Assembly (NCBI GenBank): GCA_964019425.1
Contig: OZ025780.1
Location: 434,001-498,000 of the forward strand
Source of the DNA: Flectonema sp. DT1601
Taxonomy: Eukaryota
DNA: 64,000 nt
Direction of reading: 5' to 3'
In this document: piece after piece, positions 44,286 through 59,600 of the stretch
Numbering within the stretch: the stretch's first letter is position 1
How the letters are laid out: the number at the start of each line of letters is the position of its first letter
Made by a program: the position numbers and the translations under genes
Notes under the pieces: generated by a model
What the model was told of the DNA's origin: nothing
Seen by the model: only the letters and a program-made list of their open reading frames with translations
Databases searched by the model: none

Positions 44286-45911
44286 TCAAGCAGGTGATGG
44301 TGAACTTTCCATTGGAACTGTGTAATTTTCAGTAGCAGGACTAGTGGTTTCCCATAGTTTTGTAATCAACATAATCTGATCTCTAGAGTATTGAGCCATA
44401 GCCTTAGCTCCTGCTCTCGTTGGATGGACGCCATCTTTTTGAATGTAAGGATGTGAGTGTCGGTTAGATCCTCCAAAAAGAGTAAAGAAATCGAACGTAC
44501 CTGAAATCTTTGAGTTAGAAGAACTAATTTTACGAATCAAACGAGGAAGAACCTCATTAGCAAGCGACGTATTCCTCCCCCAACCTGATCTAAGAACAGG
44601 TGTTGGAATGACAGATATAATAATAGGTGGGAATTCAGGATTAGATTCAGTGTGAATCTTTTCAACCAGATCATTGTAATACGACGAAAAAACATCTTCT
44701 CCCTCCCACGTTTCCGATTGACAGTCATCCCTTCCTAGTATAATGAGAACCATGTTTGGTCTTATTTCCTTCATTTCAGTCCAGATGCGTTCGTTATTCC
44801 AAATTGGAGTACCTTTTTTCTTTGACACAGACACAGTTTTATCACCCACAAAATCAACACTAAAAGTGTTATGCTGAGCATGATCTAGAGCTAGAAATAA
44901 TCTATAAGGAAATTGTTTAGTGAAGTGCCTGATACCAGAACCACCAGTTGAGTCGTCACCCAAGGCTATTATACGCATGTGACTTGAATATTGATTTATC
45001 AGGTGACTTACAGGTGATGAGGTTGGTGACGGACTGGCCAACCGTTTCCCTAAAATAGCTTCTCCAATAAACCTACCAATCTCATGATATCCAGTTGGGT
45101 TCGGATGAACCCCATCCAACGACATAAAACTCTCTTGCGAACTCCTCTTCAAAGGCAAACCACCAAAAACACCATTATAAATATCAATAAGTTCGATTCC
45201 GGCTTCGGATGCAATTTCACGAACGATTCCCGGAATTATTGTATTCACGATTGTTCGATTGATTCCAAAACCGACGGTGGCGTACATCGGAGGTGGGATA
45301 CAAATAAATACTTTAGGACGGGATTGAAAAGTCTGAACAGTTTTAATCATCTCTATGTAGTCTTTTTTAAAAACAGAAGCTCCAGTCATCGCCCAATTAT
45401 AATCTTTGGCGTCATTGTGTCCCATCATAAAGACGACTATGGCTGCATTTTGTTTACCAGTTAATGATTTCCAAAATGCTGTTTTAACGTACGGATTGTC
45501 ACACGAGGATGAAGCGCAGAGACCTTGTCTACCCTTGTTTGATACTCTAAAGGCCTTTCCGCCAATATTGTTTAAGAGTGCTTGAAGTCTGCCAGGGTAG
45601 GTGTCTGCTATGCTTTTAGTTCTTGCTCCTTCTGTTATACTGTCGCCAACGCAGCTTATTGTTCCCCATCTCACTTTGTCAAAATCAATATCAACAGGTT
45701 CATTGCTAAAAGTGTTGTCGATTGTTTCATTTTGTTCGATAATTGAATTACGAGATCCTTCTCTTGTTGTGACTACCTTGACGATCAGTTTTTTAGATGA
45801 ATGAGTCAACAACTCACCACTATTTACGTTACTTTTATGGTCACTAATCCCCAGCAAAAAGAATATTACTATCGACAAGCAAGTAATTACGGTTGCATAT
45901 TCTCTCAACAT
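44286..45911 (-). CDS. Membrane-anchored tandem SGNH/GDSL hydrolase
   Basis: N-terminal TM segment. Domain 1: VGDSIT/GHND/DGVHP. Domain 2: LGDDST/GRDD/DGVHP. Confidence 0.85.
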   Translation of the reverse strand: MLREYATVITCLSIVIFFLLGISDHKSNVNSGELLTHSSKKLIVKVVTTREGSRNSIIEQNETIDNTFSNEPVDIDFDKVRWGTISCVGDSITEGARTKSIADTYPGRLQALLNNIGGKAFRVSNKGRQGLCASSSCDNPYVKTAFWKSLTGKQNAAIVVFMMGHNDAKDYNWAMTGASVFKKDYIEMIKTVQTFQSRPKVFICIPPPMYATVGFGINRTIVNTIIPGIVREIASEAGIELIDIYNGVFGGLPLKRSSQESFMSLDGVHPNPTGYHEIGRFIGEAILGKRLASPSPTSSPVSHLINQYSSHMRIIALGDDSTGGSGIRHFTKQFPYRLFLALDHAQHNTFSVDFVGDKTVSVSKKKGTPIWNNERIWTEMKEIRPNMVLIILGRDDCQSETWEGEDVFSSYYNDLVEKIHTESNPEFPPIIISVIPTPVLRSGWGRNTSLANEVLPRLIRKISSSNSKISGTFDFFTLFGGSNRHSHPYIQKDGVHPTRAGAKAMAQYSRDQIMLITKLWETTSPATENYTVPMESSPSPA

Positions 45912-48900
45912 TTCTGTTTGTCCCCCCCCCCTGTTAAAAATAATTATTATATTATTACTCTTCTTTACTTTGAATAAAACGACTGCGTCAAAAAAAATGA
46001 AAAAAAAAAACCTCGTCTAACAGCACGTTTTAGTTAGTTAGCAAAATACAGAACTGATGAAGGGTCTAGTCTGGGTAGCCCCGCATCAGTAAAGATATTG
46101 TAGAGGTGATCGACTTCCAGCTCCCCAGAGGTTGAACAGGTTGAAAACAACTAAAAAAAAAACAAAAAAAAAAAAAAAAAAGAGAGATGATCTTAATAAT
46201 CAAATCTGACAAAGCAATAATAATAAAAAAAAAACAACAGAGAGAAGTGTCGTATTAACAACTAAAAAACCACTCTCAACTCTCTATCAGTGTAGGCTTG
46301 TGAAAAAGAAACATCAGTCAAAGAAAAAAAAGGGGGTAAAATCAATACTAGAATTATATCTTGGTAACTTGAAACAAACAAGAACAGTACCCGGTAGCCA
46401 AGTTTAAACGAGGGAGGCTTAGATAAATAAATCAAGGTTTAACACGCAATAAAGTAGACTGTGAATCACCATAACTGGATCCCGTTGGTGAGGTGATATT
46501 CAAATATAAAAACACATAAATATCTGTATTGTATCAAAAAGTTAATCCGATATAAATAATTACTACAAAAGGTCTTCACATGTCGTACCCCTGACCCCCG
46601 AAGATCTCTGACAAACCAAAACAAGGAGTACAATAGTTTCACCTACTAATTAATCTGAGGACAAACTCGATACTGTGAGTTAGTGATAAAAAAGAAATAC
46701 GTGTCGTCGAAATATTTGGATACCAGTTGTGGTATTTTATTCAGATAATTAAAGAAAAACATAAGAATTTTAAAAAAAAAAAAAGACTATTCACTGTTTC
46801 GTAACGTAGCACACGCCGTTGGTGACAATCAAGCGCTTTTCACGATTATTGACAGTATGCCACTTGTAACAATAACAAAAAGAAAATCCACTTCACAGAA
46901 GTCGTTCTTTTCCATTTTTTTTTTTTTGTATTTTTGTTGTTTTAAAATAAAAAAATTGTCGGTAGAGATATAATAAAAAAAAAAGAAAAGAGGGAGAGAG
47001 GAAACAAAAAAAAGCACGTTAAAAACGGGCTAGTACAGAGAAAAAAAAACAAACCTGACAATTTCCCAACCAAAAAGACAATAAAAATAAAAAATAAAAA
47101 ACAACAAACATCAAATATTCACGACTAAAAAAATAACGTCTGCGAAAATCAAAGAGAAAGAGAAAGAACTCGTAACATAGACAGCAAGCCAGATCGATTC
47201 ATCAGCCTCACACTAACTAAAGGGTGACTACCAACACCCAAGACCAACAGAACAAGACCAGCAGGTAAGAGATAGTTTATTGATCTGGAATCAGACCAAA
47301 AAGGAGTAGGACGACAAACACACGCAGGCGGTGTGTTAGATAGAACCATGTAAAGGACACTTATTGTTTGGGTCCAAAAGAAAAATAGTATTTTTAGATA
47401 GTAGACCGACATAAGAATAAAAACAAACGAATAAAACAGTTTTTTTTTTTTTTTAAATTTTATTTCCCCCCCCCCGAACTCTTTCTCAAAAGATTTAGTG
47501 ATAACGATATTGGTTCATCACTGGGGTATTTTAAAAAAAAAAAAATAAATAAATAAATAACACTTAGAAGATAATTTGCCTTGATTTTATAAATACCAAA
47601 CTGCATTTGTATCAAAATCTCAGCACCTGTTAAACTACAGTAATGCTCAACTAACTACCGTAGTTCCTGGCAAGTAAACTCAATCTGTAAAAGAAGAAGA
47701 AGAAAAAAAAAACATCAAATGGCAATAGAAAAATATCATTATATAATTAATTCTACTCTCCTGGTTTAACTATTTTGTGATAAAGGGGCTCCACACGTTC
47801 AAATATATCTGCGAAGCATACAAAATAAAATAAAATAAAAATAACAACAGACATAAATAACGTATTTAGCTTAGAAAGGTGTGAGAGAGAGGCAACTAAA
47901 TAAACAAACTAAAGTAGAGTTCGCCAAATAAACCATGTGAGTATCGATATAAACACCATGCGTGGTTCAACAGCAGGTCATCGAAAAAACAAAATCCCTG
48001 CGAATTATATGAGTCATTTTTTGATAGTAGTTAGAATCACAGTAGGTTCCAGGGACAACATCTTCGGATCAACTAAGACAGTATGCAGTATCAATCCATC
48101 CTACCCATCATGGTATTTATCTATAGCAGCAGTTATCACGAATAGAATAAAGACAATCAGGTTAAATCCACGTTGATGTAGTAAAGAGTTAACTCAAAAG
48201 AAAGTAACTCTCAACGACAGAGGACACAATCCGTAAGCTGCTTCCGAAGTAAATAAAAAAAAAAAAAAAATTAACCCATGGAGTGAAAACAATTGAAGTA
48301 AAGAGTGACTTATCCACCTTAGTAGTTGAATTAGAAGTACAGCAGATCTGAATAGGGTACAATAGATAAAGTCCAACTCCTATCTACGACATAACAACTT
48401 GCAAGTCGCTAAGTCAGTTTATCGTTTTTCGCAAATTGATTATTGATAAGTTAGACTGTTGTTATGATGAACAGATCTCCCCTGTCTTTCTTATCCACTA
48501 GACACCCTACTGCACAAAAGAGTGCAGCTTTCCAGGGTAATTGTCCCTGTCCCCGCTTGATGCATTTCAAGGGACAATCATTCCTTCAAAAAGAGACGAC
48601 TACGTCATCCGGGGCCGGTGGACATGGTCGACAGGATCGTCACTGTGTTGCTACAGTTGACCACAATTACTAAAATAGAAGGGGGCGGAGTGGATGGGGA
48701 GAGTTGTTTTGTTGTTTTTTTGTTTTTCTCTTTTTGAAAAAAAAAAAAAAAAAAAATAAAGTGAGGGTAGAATAACAAAACCAAAACAGGCATCGAATGG
48801 CGATATCCGCGAGCATACAAGAAAAGCGGAACACCAAATGCCTACTACGAAAACAAAAACAAAATAAGCAAAACAAAGACAAAAAGATAATGTGAAAAAC

Positions 48901-49429
48901 GCACACATACTGACGAATTCGACCGAGAGGTGAAGGGAAAGTAAGAATTTTACAAAATTGTATTGTTTCGTGTTTTTTTTTTTTTTTTTTTTTTTTATCT
49001 CGTCTACGAAAAAATAAGATAAATAAAAAAAAATTTTAAAAAAAAAATCGTAAACTAGAAAAAGAGCAAACATTACATTGGTAATATTATATTTTTACAA
49101 AAAGACAACTCTCACACATGACCCACCAACGGACTTAAACCATGAAAGTAAAAAGGTTGTCAGAATTATTTTTATGATAAAATAAGCATCCTGGTGCGCT
49201 AAGCCAATAAACCGCTTTGGGTAATTTGTGCATGTTGTTGTTGTTGTTTTTTTTTTTTTTTTCTTTTTTTTTTTTTGCAATAAAAAAATTTTAAACAAAA
49301 CAGGATAAACAACTGAGTTTGAGAAAAGAAAAACTCAGAAAGGATAAATTGATATAAAAAAAAAAAACAATAAAAAAAATCCAAGCTTGAAAAGGGTCAG
49401 CAGGTATAAATATAGAATATAACATAAAA

Positions 49430-52400
49430 TCATGCTACTGGGGTTGTTTGATATAAACTAATTTCATACCCCGCAGGCACTCTGTTTATTAAGTGAGTTT
49501 TTAATCTTTTCATTGAAACGATCTGATGAACAACATTATCTATGTCCGATCCGTGAATTGTTTCGTCATCTCTTTTTTCAAGAAACCATTCATTGAACGC
49601 AGGAGACCAGAGAGGATTAGTATCCGTATCGTTCGAATGATTAGGTGGCAGTGATGACGATCTAAGTTGATACACTGGTATATTATGATATCTCGCAGGT
49701 CCTTCAACATCCCAAAAGTCTACTAGTCGGAGTACGTTCGGATATTGAAAACGAAATATCTGTAAATCATGAAGCATCACTCCTCCTATTGTTGTAGTCA
49801 CCAGCGACATAACTCCTAATCGAAGTGCTCCTATTGCAGCCAGACCTGCAGTGTCAACTGCCATTCCAACTACCATGTTAAATCTCTGAGCCTTTCCAAA
49901 ATTTCCACAAAGGACATTTCCTGAACAAAGACCTACATGAGCACTTCTCGGGTCTGAGATAGCTCTCTTGAAATGTCCGACAAAACGAATGCTATTCGGC
50001 AGATGATCGAAATCGAGTTTAGCAGTGCCCCATGCGAGTACAATCGCGCTGTCTCTGACTGAGATGATTTGACCATGAGTTCGAGATGATGATGATTCAA
50101 TGCAACTTAACATTTTACGAAGTTCATGAATACTTCCACCATCCAGAAGAACATGACCACAACTAGCAACAGTCTTCGCTAATCTCTCTTGAAGAGGAGC
50201 GCGGATATCACGAGATTTTTCAATTCTAATTTCAGATGTGTCGGAGTACATAGTCCTCTCAATATCATCATCTTGATCTCTTACAGCTAGTGATTCTGTG
50301 ATAAGAACCTCTCTCTGACGTAGAGCTGACGGCAGTAATAACGGAAAAGAATTCTCCGTATCTTTTATATAAGCGATACTTTGAGTAACAACAAAGTGTA
50401 AGCAATACGAGTCAGGATTCTCTGCTATGGTGTGATATGTCTGTTCAGACAAACCAATAGCTCCACCAGGAGTACTTTGTTGAATCTTAGAAGCGAGGTT
50501 TACAGTTGGTCCATAATACTCTGCTCTTCCTGTTGTTGGGTTTCTTTCTTTATCGACCGATCCGAAATGAATTCCCATCTTTACTCTCAGTCCATTCCAT
50601 CCCTCTGACTGCTGCTGACTGGAACACGGATGTGCTAACAAATCTTTCGGCCAATCATCAACAGCATAAAGACTTTCTTGTACTGCTAATGCAAACTTCA
50701 AAGACTCAACGGCATTCTGAAAGACGATCATAAAAGAGTCACCAACAGTTTTTACTTCGTATCCTAGTAGTTGAGTTGTTAAATATAATTAGAGATAATA
50801 AATATTTTAAATAAAAGATGTCGGCATACCTGTTTCTGATTCTTGAATTCTTGCTCTTACAATTTGATTATGAATAATGAGCGCTGTTTTCATTGTTCGT
50901 TGTAGACTCTCCCAAAGTGAAGTGCTGGATTCGACGTCGGTAAAAACTATTGCAACTTCGCGAGAAGGATGAGCGCGTCCGACTGCAGGTGGAGGAACGT
51001 ATCCAAATTTGTCAGAACTCTCGACAACAATGTCAGGTAAGAATACTTTACACTGACTCACAGTACTACACATTTCCGCAAACGCAGATAGCAGCGCAGC
51101 AATTTCCGTAATCATACTCGTTCCGGTTGTCAGAAAATCGAGATCCAAAACTCTGACTTTTTCAAGTTCAACGCTAAGTCCCAATATAGGTTCAATTAAG
51201 ACTACGGTCAGTGCGATGGCGAAGCACACTCCCAGACAGGCCACTAATACGCTGACGTATTTCGCAGTTTCTCTACTGTTGTCTGCTTCTCTCATTACCA
51301 CAACTTCAGGAGTGCAGTAGACAACTAAAAGATTTATGTTTTTGAATTCACCTCCTCCAACACTGAGTAGTTTTCTGGTTACAAAAACAGAAGTACCATT
51401 GACTACGGTTGCTCCTAAGTCGTTAGAGCTGTTGATTGTTTGATGAGCGTACAAGAGCCATGAATTAACTGCAGGTTGAGATAACTGCTGAAGGTTTTGA
51501 TTGGAGCTAACAAATGTGTGTAATGTGATTGGATCCAGTACAGCAAGTAGTGAATCTTTTTCAAAGTTTAATCGACCAACATCAACACGAACCTTTGCAA
51601 TGGCTCTCAACATTACCGCTTCCGATGTCAAACTCCGACCTCGCAGACTGTCATACGTCGCCTCTACAACATCTTCAACAAGCTGGAGGTGTTGGAGTCT
51701 GCTTGTGATTGCTAATTTCTCCGACAAGTCTCTCGTCTTATCATCCATACGTGTTATTAATAAATAAGAAAACACAACCAACACAGCCAACATTCCTCCA
51801 GCGAATACAACCACGACGGGAATTCTAAGTCCTCTACCAAATCTGATTCTCTTAAGTTGGTATTTGATGTAAATAATTACACCGCAGAGAGCAAGACCAG
51901 TGAATATGATTGCGGCAATTGATTCTGGGTGATCAGAAATAGTATTTGATGAACCAGAATTCGTGTTAGAGCGACCGATTCCTAAAATTGATCCCAACTC
52001 GTCTGCTAATTCCGCAACAGCAGTCTCTGCCGTTGCATGCGGCGATTCAAAGTAACTATTTATAGCTCTATATATAGCATCTTGACATGATGGGTACATA
52101 TTACCACAACCATGACTAGGACGGTGAGACAATCCAGAGTAGAATTCAGGATATTCTTTTATACCTTGACATAGAATGCTATGGTGTTTACAGTACTGCG
52201 ATTGTAGAAAAGGATCATCCCATATTTGACGAAGAACAGGTAAACCTCTGGAAGCAATTATATTATCAACAAGAACTGTTCTGTTAAGGTAAATGTCAAT
52301 GAAAGAACGTGCTTCTGCTTCTACGTCTGGGTTGGTGTACTTACTAAGAGCAACACTCCAGAAACCTGAACAGCCATAACCCCCTCCAGGGATTGCAGCG

Positions 52401-53323
52401 GCTTTTACATGCCATGATGAAGGAAGGCCTTCAAACTCGTCTGACGTACCTGTCCAAAGAGTTACAATAGCGAGCTCGTCATCTCGAAATTTTTTTACGA
52501 TGGGTCCGCTACCACTTGTACGAACCATTGGTGGCATCAGTGTTTTCAGATAAAATTTCCATCTTCGAAGTGCTTCCGCAGCCCTTGGATTATTAATAGT
52601 GATTTCACCATTATCCTCGACGATACCACCACCCCCATGTCCAGATAAAAGTGATATCAATCCATAGACAAGTTGATTTGCACTTCCATCATCAGTTGCC
52701 ATCGCAAAGGGATACCAGGAACTATCATTTCTTCTGATTCGTTCCTTGTCTCTGAGGATTGTTAGTTTTGTTGTGAACTCATTCCATGTGGTTGGGAAGT
52801 CTCCTAAGTTGTGCAAGTCAAATAGATCCCTACGGTAGTACATTGTTTGTGAACTACCTCTGGTTGATATTCCGACAACATCTCCTTTTGGGTTTCGAGT
52901 TATCCACTTTGGATAGAAATTATCAGCGAGTTTTGGATCAAGAGGTGCCAAGTGATCTTCTAAAGGTTTCATCCATTGCGTGTCGAGGTACAAAACTTCC
53001 ACTGCGTTACTTTTAGCAGCAAGCATCGCTTCAAACATTGAGTATCGTTCTTCGTTTAGGTTCTTAGCGAATTCCATTCCCACCAACGTATCGTCTGTTA
53101 CAGGATGTACATAAAGCTCTCCATTAGTCATGTTGTCAAAGGTAACAAGCATGCTTTCACATACTGCGAAGAATGAATCAAAATACGTAGTTGAGAAAAC
53201 GTTTAATCTCTTCTCTGGATGTGGTGGTCTATACAACGGCCAGCAGTTAGTTAAGTTTTCCCTCACTAAGGGTTCTGGAGTACTCGACAGCACTAACAGC
53301 TGTAGAAGCGTAATTATCGACAT
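49430..53323 (-). CDS. Receptor-type class III adenylate cyclase with a solute-binding ectodomain, 2 exons, ~1275 aa
   Basis: Exons 53323-50830 and 50763-49430. Intron 50829-50764 restores GYEVKTVGDSFM. Also FTDVESST.LWE, GLRVKMGIHFG and YYGPTVN. Confidence 0.9.
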
Positions 53324-54197
53324 TTTTGTGTTTTTTTTTTTTTTTTTTTTTGAGAGAAAAAACTCTCCTGTCGTTGAGAAGTAAAAACATACTTAAAAAA
53401 AAAGTAATCTATGTTGTTTGTTTGTTTTTCACATTTCATTATCAATCGTTGGCCCCCCCCACCCCCACCCATCATCCCTCGTGGTTGTTAAAGATTACCC
53501 ATGGTGGAATTGACACTCCCGTTTTTTTTTTTTTTTTTTTTTGTTCATTCTTTATTCTTTTTCCTCCATGTATTCTTCATATTTTATTTCCTCTTTTGCC
53601 GTTTTTTTTTCTGGTGACGTATCGGGGATGTGTTTTGTTGTAAAATTGATGTTTGTTTTTTTTTGGGGTTTTTTTTTTTTCATTCTTTTTTGTTTTTTCT
53701 TTTTTTTTTTTTTTCCCCCAAGTCATTAATCTTTTGTTGTTATTTTCACTATTCCCTATTAACGACAACATCATTATAAACAGCTCAAGTTAATCCCACA
53801 CACTACCCCCAGCTTTCAAGACTCGAAAAAAGAAATCAAAAAAAAAAAAAAAAGGAAAAAGGAAAAAGGAAAAGGGGGAAAAAAAGCAATTTAAAAAAAG
53901 ACCCACACGAGAAACAAGTGAAAACACATCACATAAACCAAAAAACAACGAAATTCAAAAAACCTGATGTACTCGGTAGCTGTCCCTAGCAGAAACTATG
54001 AAAGTCAACAAATATCTGTTGTGCGTACACTTGCTGGATCTGAAAAGTAGAAAGGAAAAAAAAAAAGAAAATAACTATCCCGCCCCCAACGGTGGGCGTT
54101 TTGATTATCAGCCGAGAATGAATAAAAGTATCTCCAAAAAGGGGAAGAAAACGGGAGGGAGGGAACGCTTGTTTGTTTTAAATTCCTGACGTTAGGT

Positions 54198-56000
<1,803 letters not shown>

Positions 56001-56690
56001 TTTTTGTTATTTAATGATGCTGAGTTGAGCAATTATATAAACTATAAGCTTATTGAAGTCCTCAATCACAATAATAGTTTTTTACAGCGAAGCTCACATT
56101 GACGACGTTCCCTGGAGAAAAAAAAGAAGGGAAAAAATTATAAAGTACTATCAAATTACAAACTGGTATTCAGTAGCGAGATTTCATTTTTTATATATTT
56201 TTTAAAAAGATGGAGTCTCTCGGTTGAATTCTAACAAGAAATTGAAAAGGCGTCGTTGCTTACGTCGGCGGTACTAATCCAAAGTTAAGCAGATCACACT
56301 TATTCGAGGGAAGGTTCGTTAATTGTTTTGGTTTCTTTTTTTTTTTTTTTTTTTTTTTCCCCTCTATCCTCTTCGTCCAAAACATAACTAAATATAATTA
56401 TAAAAACGGCTGACAACAATTTTTTTTTTTTTTTTTTGTTTGTAGCAAAGTAGTCGGAGGAGAAACCTATTCATATCGAAAAGTCCTTATTTCTTAATAG
56501 TCAAAAAAACTACCTCACCCAGTTGCGACAGGATTCTGTCTGCATTTTTTTTTTTTTTTTAAAAAGAAATACACCTACACATCAGAATAACTGCGTGGTT
56601 GGGTACTAACTTTTTTAGTTTGATTCAACATCAACGAGCTGTCTATCAAATAGGAATGTGATTGCTTCAAACAGAAACAGTACCAAATCC

Positions 56691-59600
56691 CTACAAGATA
56701 AGACTACCTGTTGCTGTGGGTAGGCCATCAGAGTCACCGCTGTTTGTTTTTTTTTTGTATATTTTAATTTTTTTTTTTTTTTAATGATTTAATACCGTGT
56801 AGTTTATATAAAACACAAACCTCAATAGTCCAGCTGATTCTAAAACATGCTTGAATACAGAAACTGGTACATAACGAGCTTTCGGTGTGTCTGATGATTT
56901 CTTTTGCTTGCGAGGAGTGCTGTCGCTGTCTTCGTCATCAGTTGACTGTTTTGTGTTTTATTGTTATTTTGTCTGTGGATCAGGAAACGAAACAAGTCTT
57001 GACACATACTTGAGTTACCCAACCCTCGTCAATACCTTTAGGGACGTATTTTTCACTGACTTCTACTGCATCTTCTTCTATTTCTTTCTTAGTCTTTATT
57101 GGAAGAGGTACCAGGTATTGGAGCTTTCCTTCTCTGTGAGGAAATTTCGTGACCGACTGAATGTTCTTCTCTTTAACATGGATGTCTTCTTCAACACCGA
57201 CAAGAACACGAGCTTGATCAACAACCCAAAGAAGGTTTTTAATCCCGAGTGATATCGGTAGCAGTGTAACCGCCTCGTCTACGTGATTTGATGATGCGAA
57301 TACAGTTAATTCTGATAAGACTGATCGCATTGCTCTTTTATCTAATGTTGGCATCATCAGTCTAATATCCCAATTAGAAACATCAAGGTACTTCAGAGCT
57401 TCAGCATTGTTTGTTGTTACGATTACGAGAAGCTTACCTTTTCCACTGGGTTTTTTAACCAAAAGCTGTTGCAGTGTGTATAGCAAGTTCCCATTAGACC
57501 TCCCCGCGCCATGCTCGAGGATTAATTCAAGCTTGTCGAGGATAATGCAGGAGTGTTCCACCAGATATGCATTTTCAAAAACGTCTTTTATTTTATTTAT
57601 TTTCGCATGTTCTCCAACAGCTATCAGATCTTCCATAGAAATCAAATGAACAAACGGAAAGTTACTTCTCTTCGCTACGAATGAACTGATGGCTGTTAAA
57701 CCAGAACCTGGCATTCCTTCAACCAGAACTCTGAGCATTTTATTATGCTTTCCCTTTCTAACTTGAAAGACTGGTTTATCGAGACTGAGCAATAACTCAG
57801 TGAAGTGTTCGTCGTAATGGATGATACCTGTGTGTGTTTGTATTAATTATAAATGATTGATGTGATGTTTTGTGTTTTTTTTTTTTTAAAAAAAGAAAAC
57901 GACGATACCTCTTTCTAAATGTGTATTGATAGCATTCACTGATCCGTGTGAAGGGATGACTTCACGGAGGGCACGACGGAAATGTGTCATTGAGATTTTT
58001 AGACCTTGAGTTGCTTCTGTTAAGTCTTGATCCAATAGTTCTGATAAAGCATGACTGGTCGCACTTTTAACAATAGCTTCGATGTCAGCTCCCGTGTGTG
58101 ATGGAGTCTCTCTAGCGAGAGTGTCAAGATCAACGTCATTACTAATGTAGTTTGAGTCTCTGGCTTTCTTGGTTTGAATTAGTAAAATTTCTTTTCTTCC
58201 TTTCTCATCAGGTAGCGGCATCTTAATTTTAACTTCAAACCTACCAGGACGTAGAAGCGCTGCGTCTACCGCGTTTAAACGGTTCGTCAGTCCGATGACG
58301 AGGAGGTTTCCTCTGTCTTTCATTCCGTCCATTAATGCCAATAGTTGTGTTGTGACTCCATCATAGACGGCACGGGCACCTGAATCATCACCAGATCCAC
58401 GTGGAAGCATGATAGCATCCATTTCATCGAATATTATTAAATGAAGTCCGTCGTCTTCTTCGGCTTCTTCGGCAGCTTCGTCGAAAATTTTTCTCAAATT
58501 CTGTTCAGATTGACCGACATACTTACTCATTATTTCCGGTCCTGACACCGTGTGAACCTTTGACGCTCCCAACACCTCAGAAATCTTTCTCGCTAATAAT
58601 GTTTTTCCTGTTCCTGGTGGACCGTGTAAGACAAGACCACGTATGTGTCTAATTCCTAATTTAGCGATTAATTCTTCGTCTTGAAGACGTGAAGCAAATG
58701 CTCTTCTAAATATCTCACTAAACTCATCACCAAGTCCTCCAACACCAAGTTCCGTAAAGCTTTTAAAGCCAAGTTCTCTTAGAGTGTTTTTAGACGCGGA
58801 CGCCATGGTAGCAGCCTTATACATAATCGATTCGTATCTGGTTAGTTAGTTTTTTTTTTTTATTGTATTTTTGAGAAAAAGAACTTTACGTATGATAAAA
58901 ATATAAAAATAAACAAACCCCTCTTGTCCTGCTTGAGGAGGTGCGATAACGACAACATCAACAGTCATGCCAGGTTCAAGTTCTGGTGGAAGTTGACATT
59001 CAAGAAGTTGATTTGGTTTTGAAGAATCATGTTCGACGTTAAGACAAATGTGATCAGATAATCCGTTGTCACCTCTGGAGACTAATAAAACACTTGCTGG
59101 AGAAGCAAAGTTTTGACCATGAATTGATAATCGAGCACCAGATACACAATTAGATGTCGTTTGTACCCTTCCTTCCATTGGACTATCTTTACATCCGACA
59201 ACACGTTCAATGACTGGTTTTGTGAAATGCGTTCCAAACAACTTCTTTAGAATGTTTCGCGCAATCTCATCAGCATCGTTAGCATTCTTAAGAGCTTCAG
59301 CACCGATTCTCTTTGCGACACTAACCTGATCCTTTGACATAACATGAAGTAGTTCTTTATTAACCATCGAAATGTACAACACGCTCGGGATTCCGTTATC
59401 ATGAACTAAAGTAAACCACTGAGCTGATATGAATCCACTAACTTCTGTCGGTGGATGAACTTGTGCATTCTGAATTTCAAGAAACTTGTTAGCATACTTA
59501 CTGTGTGATAGTCTCGTGCTTCCATCATGGTGAGTAAATATCTCAATAATATATTGAACAGATTGGCTGTCAGTGAATTGCCATTTACCAGACACATCAG

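Noticed and set aside
48535..48585. SECIS-like element (AUGA-stem-AAA) on the minus strand
   Set aside because: The 3' GA of the quartet is missing, and no upstream gene has an in-frame UGA.
46829..49384. Short F/K-rich ORFs in spacers (also at 20272, 34052, 42093, 53326-53774)
   Set aside because: Translations of poly-A/poly-T tracts.
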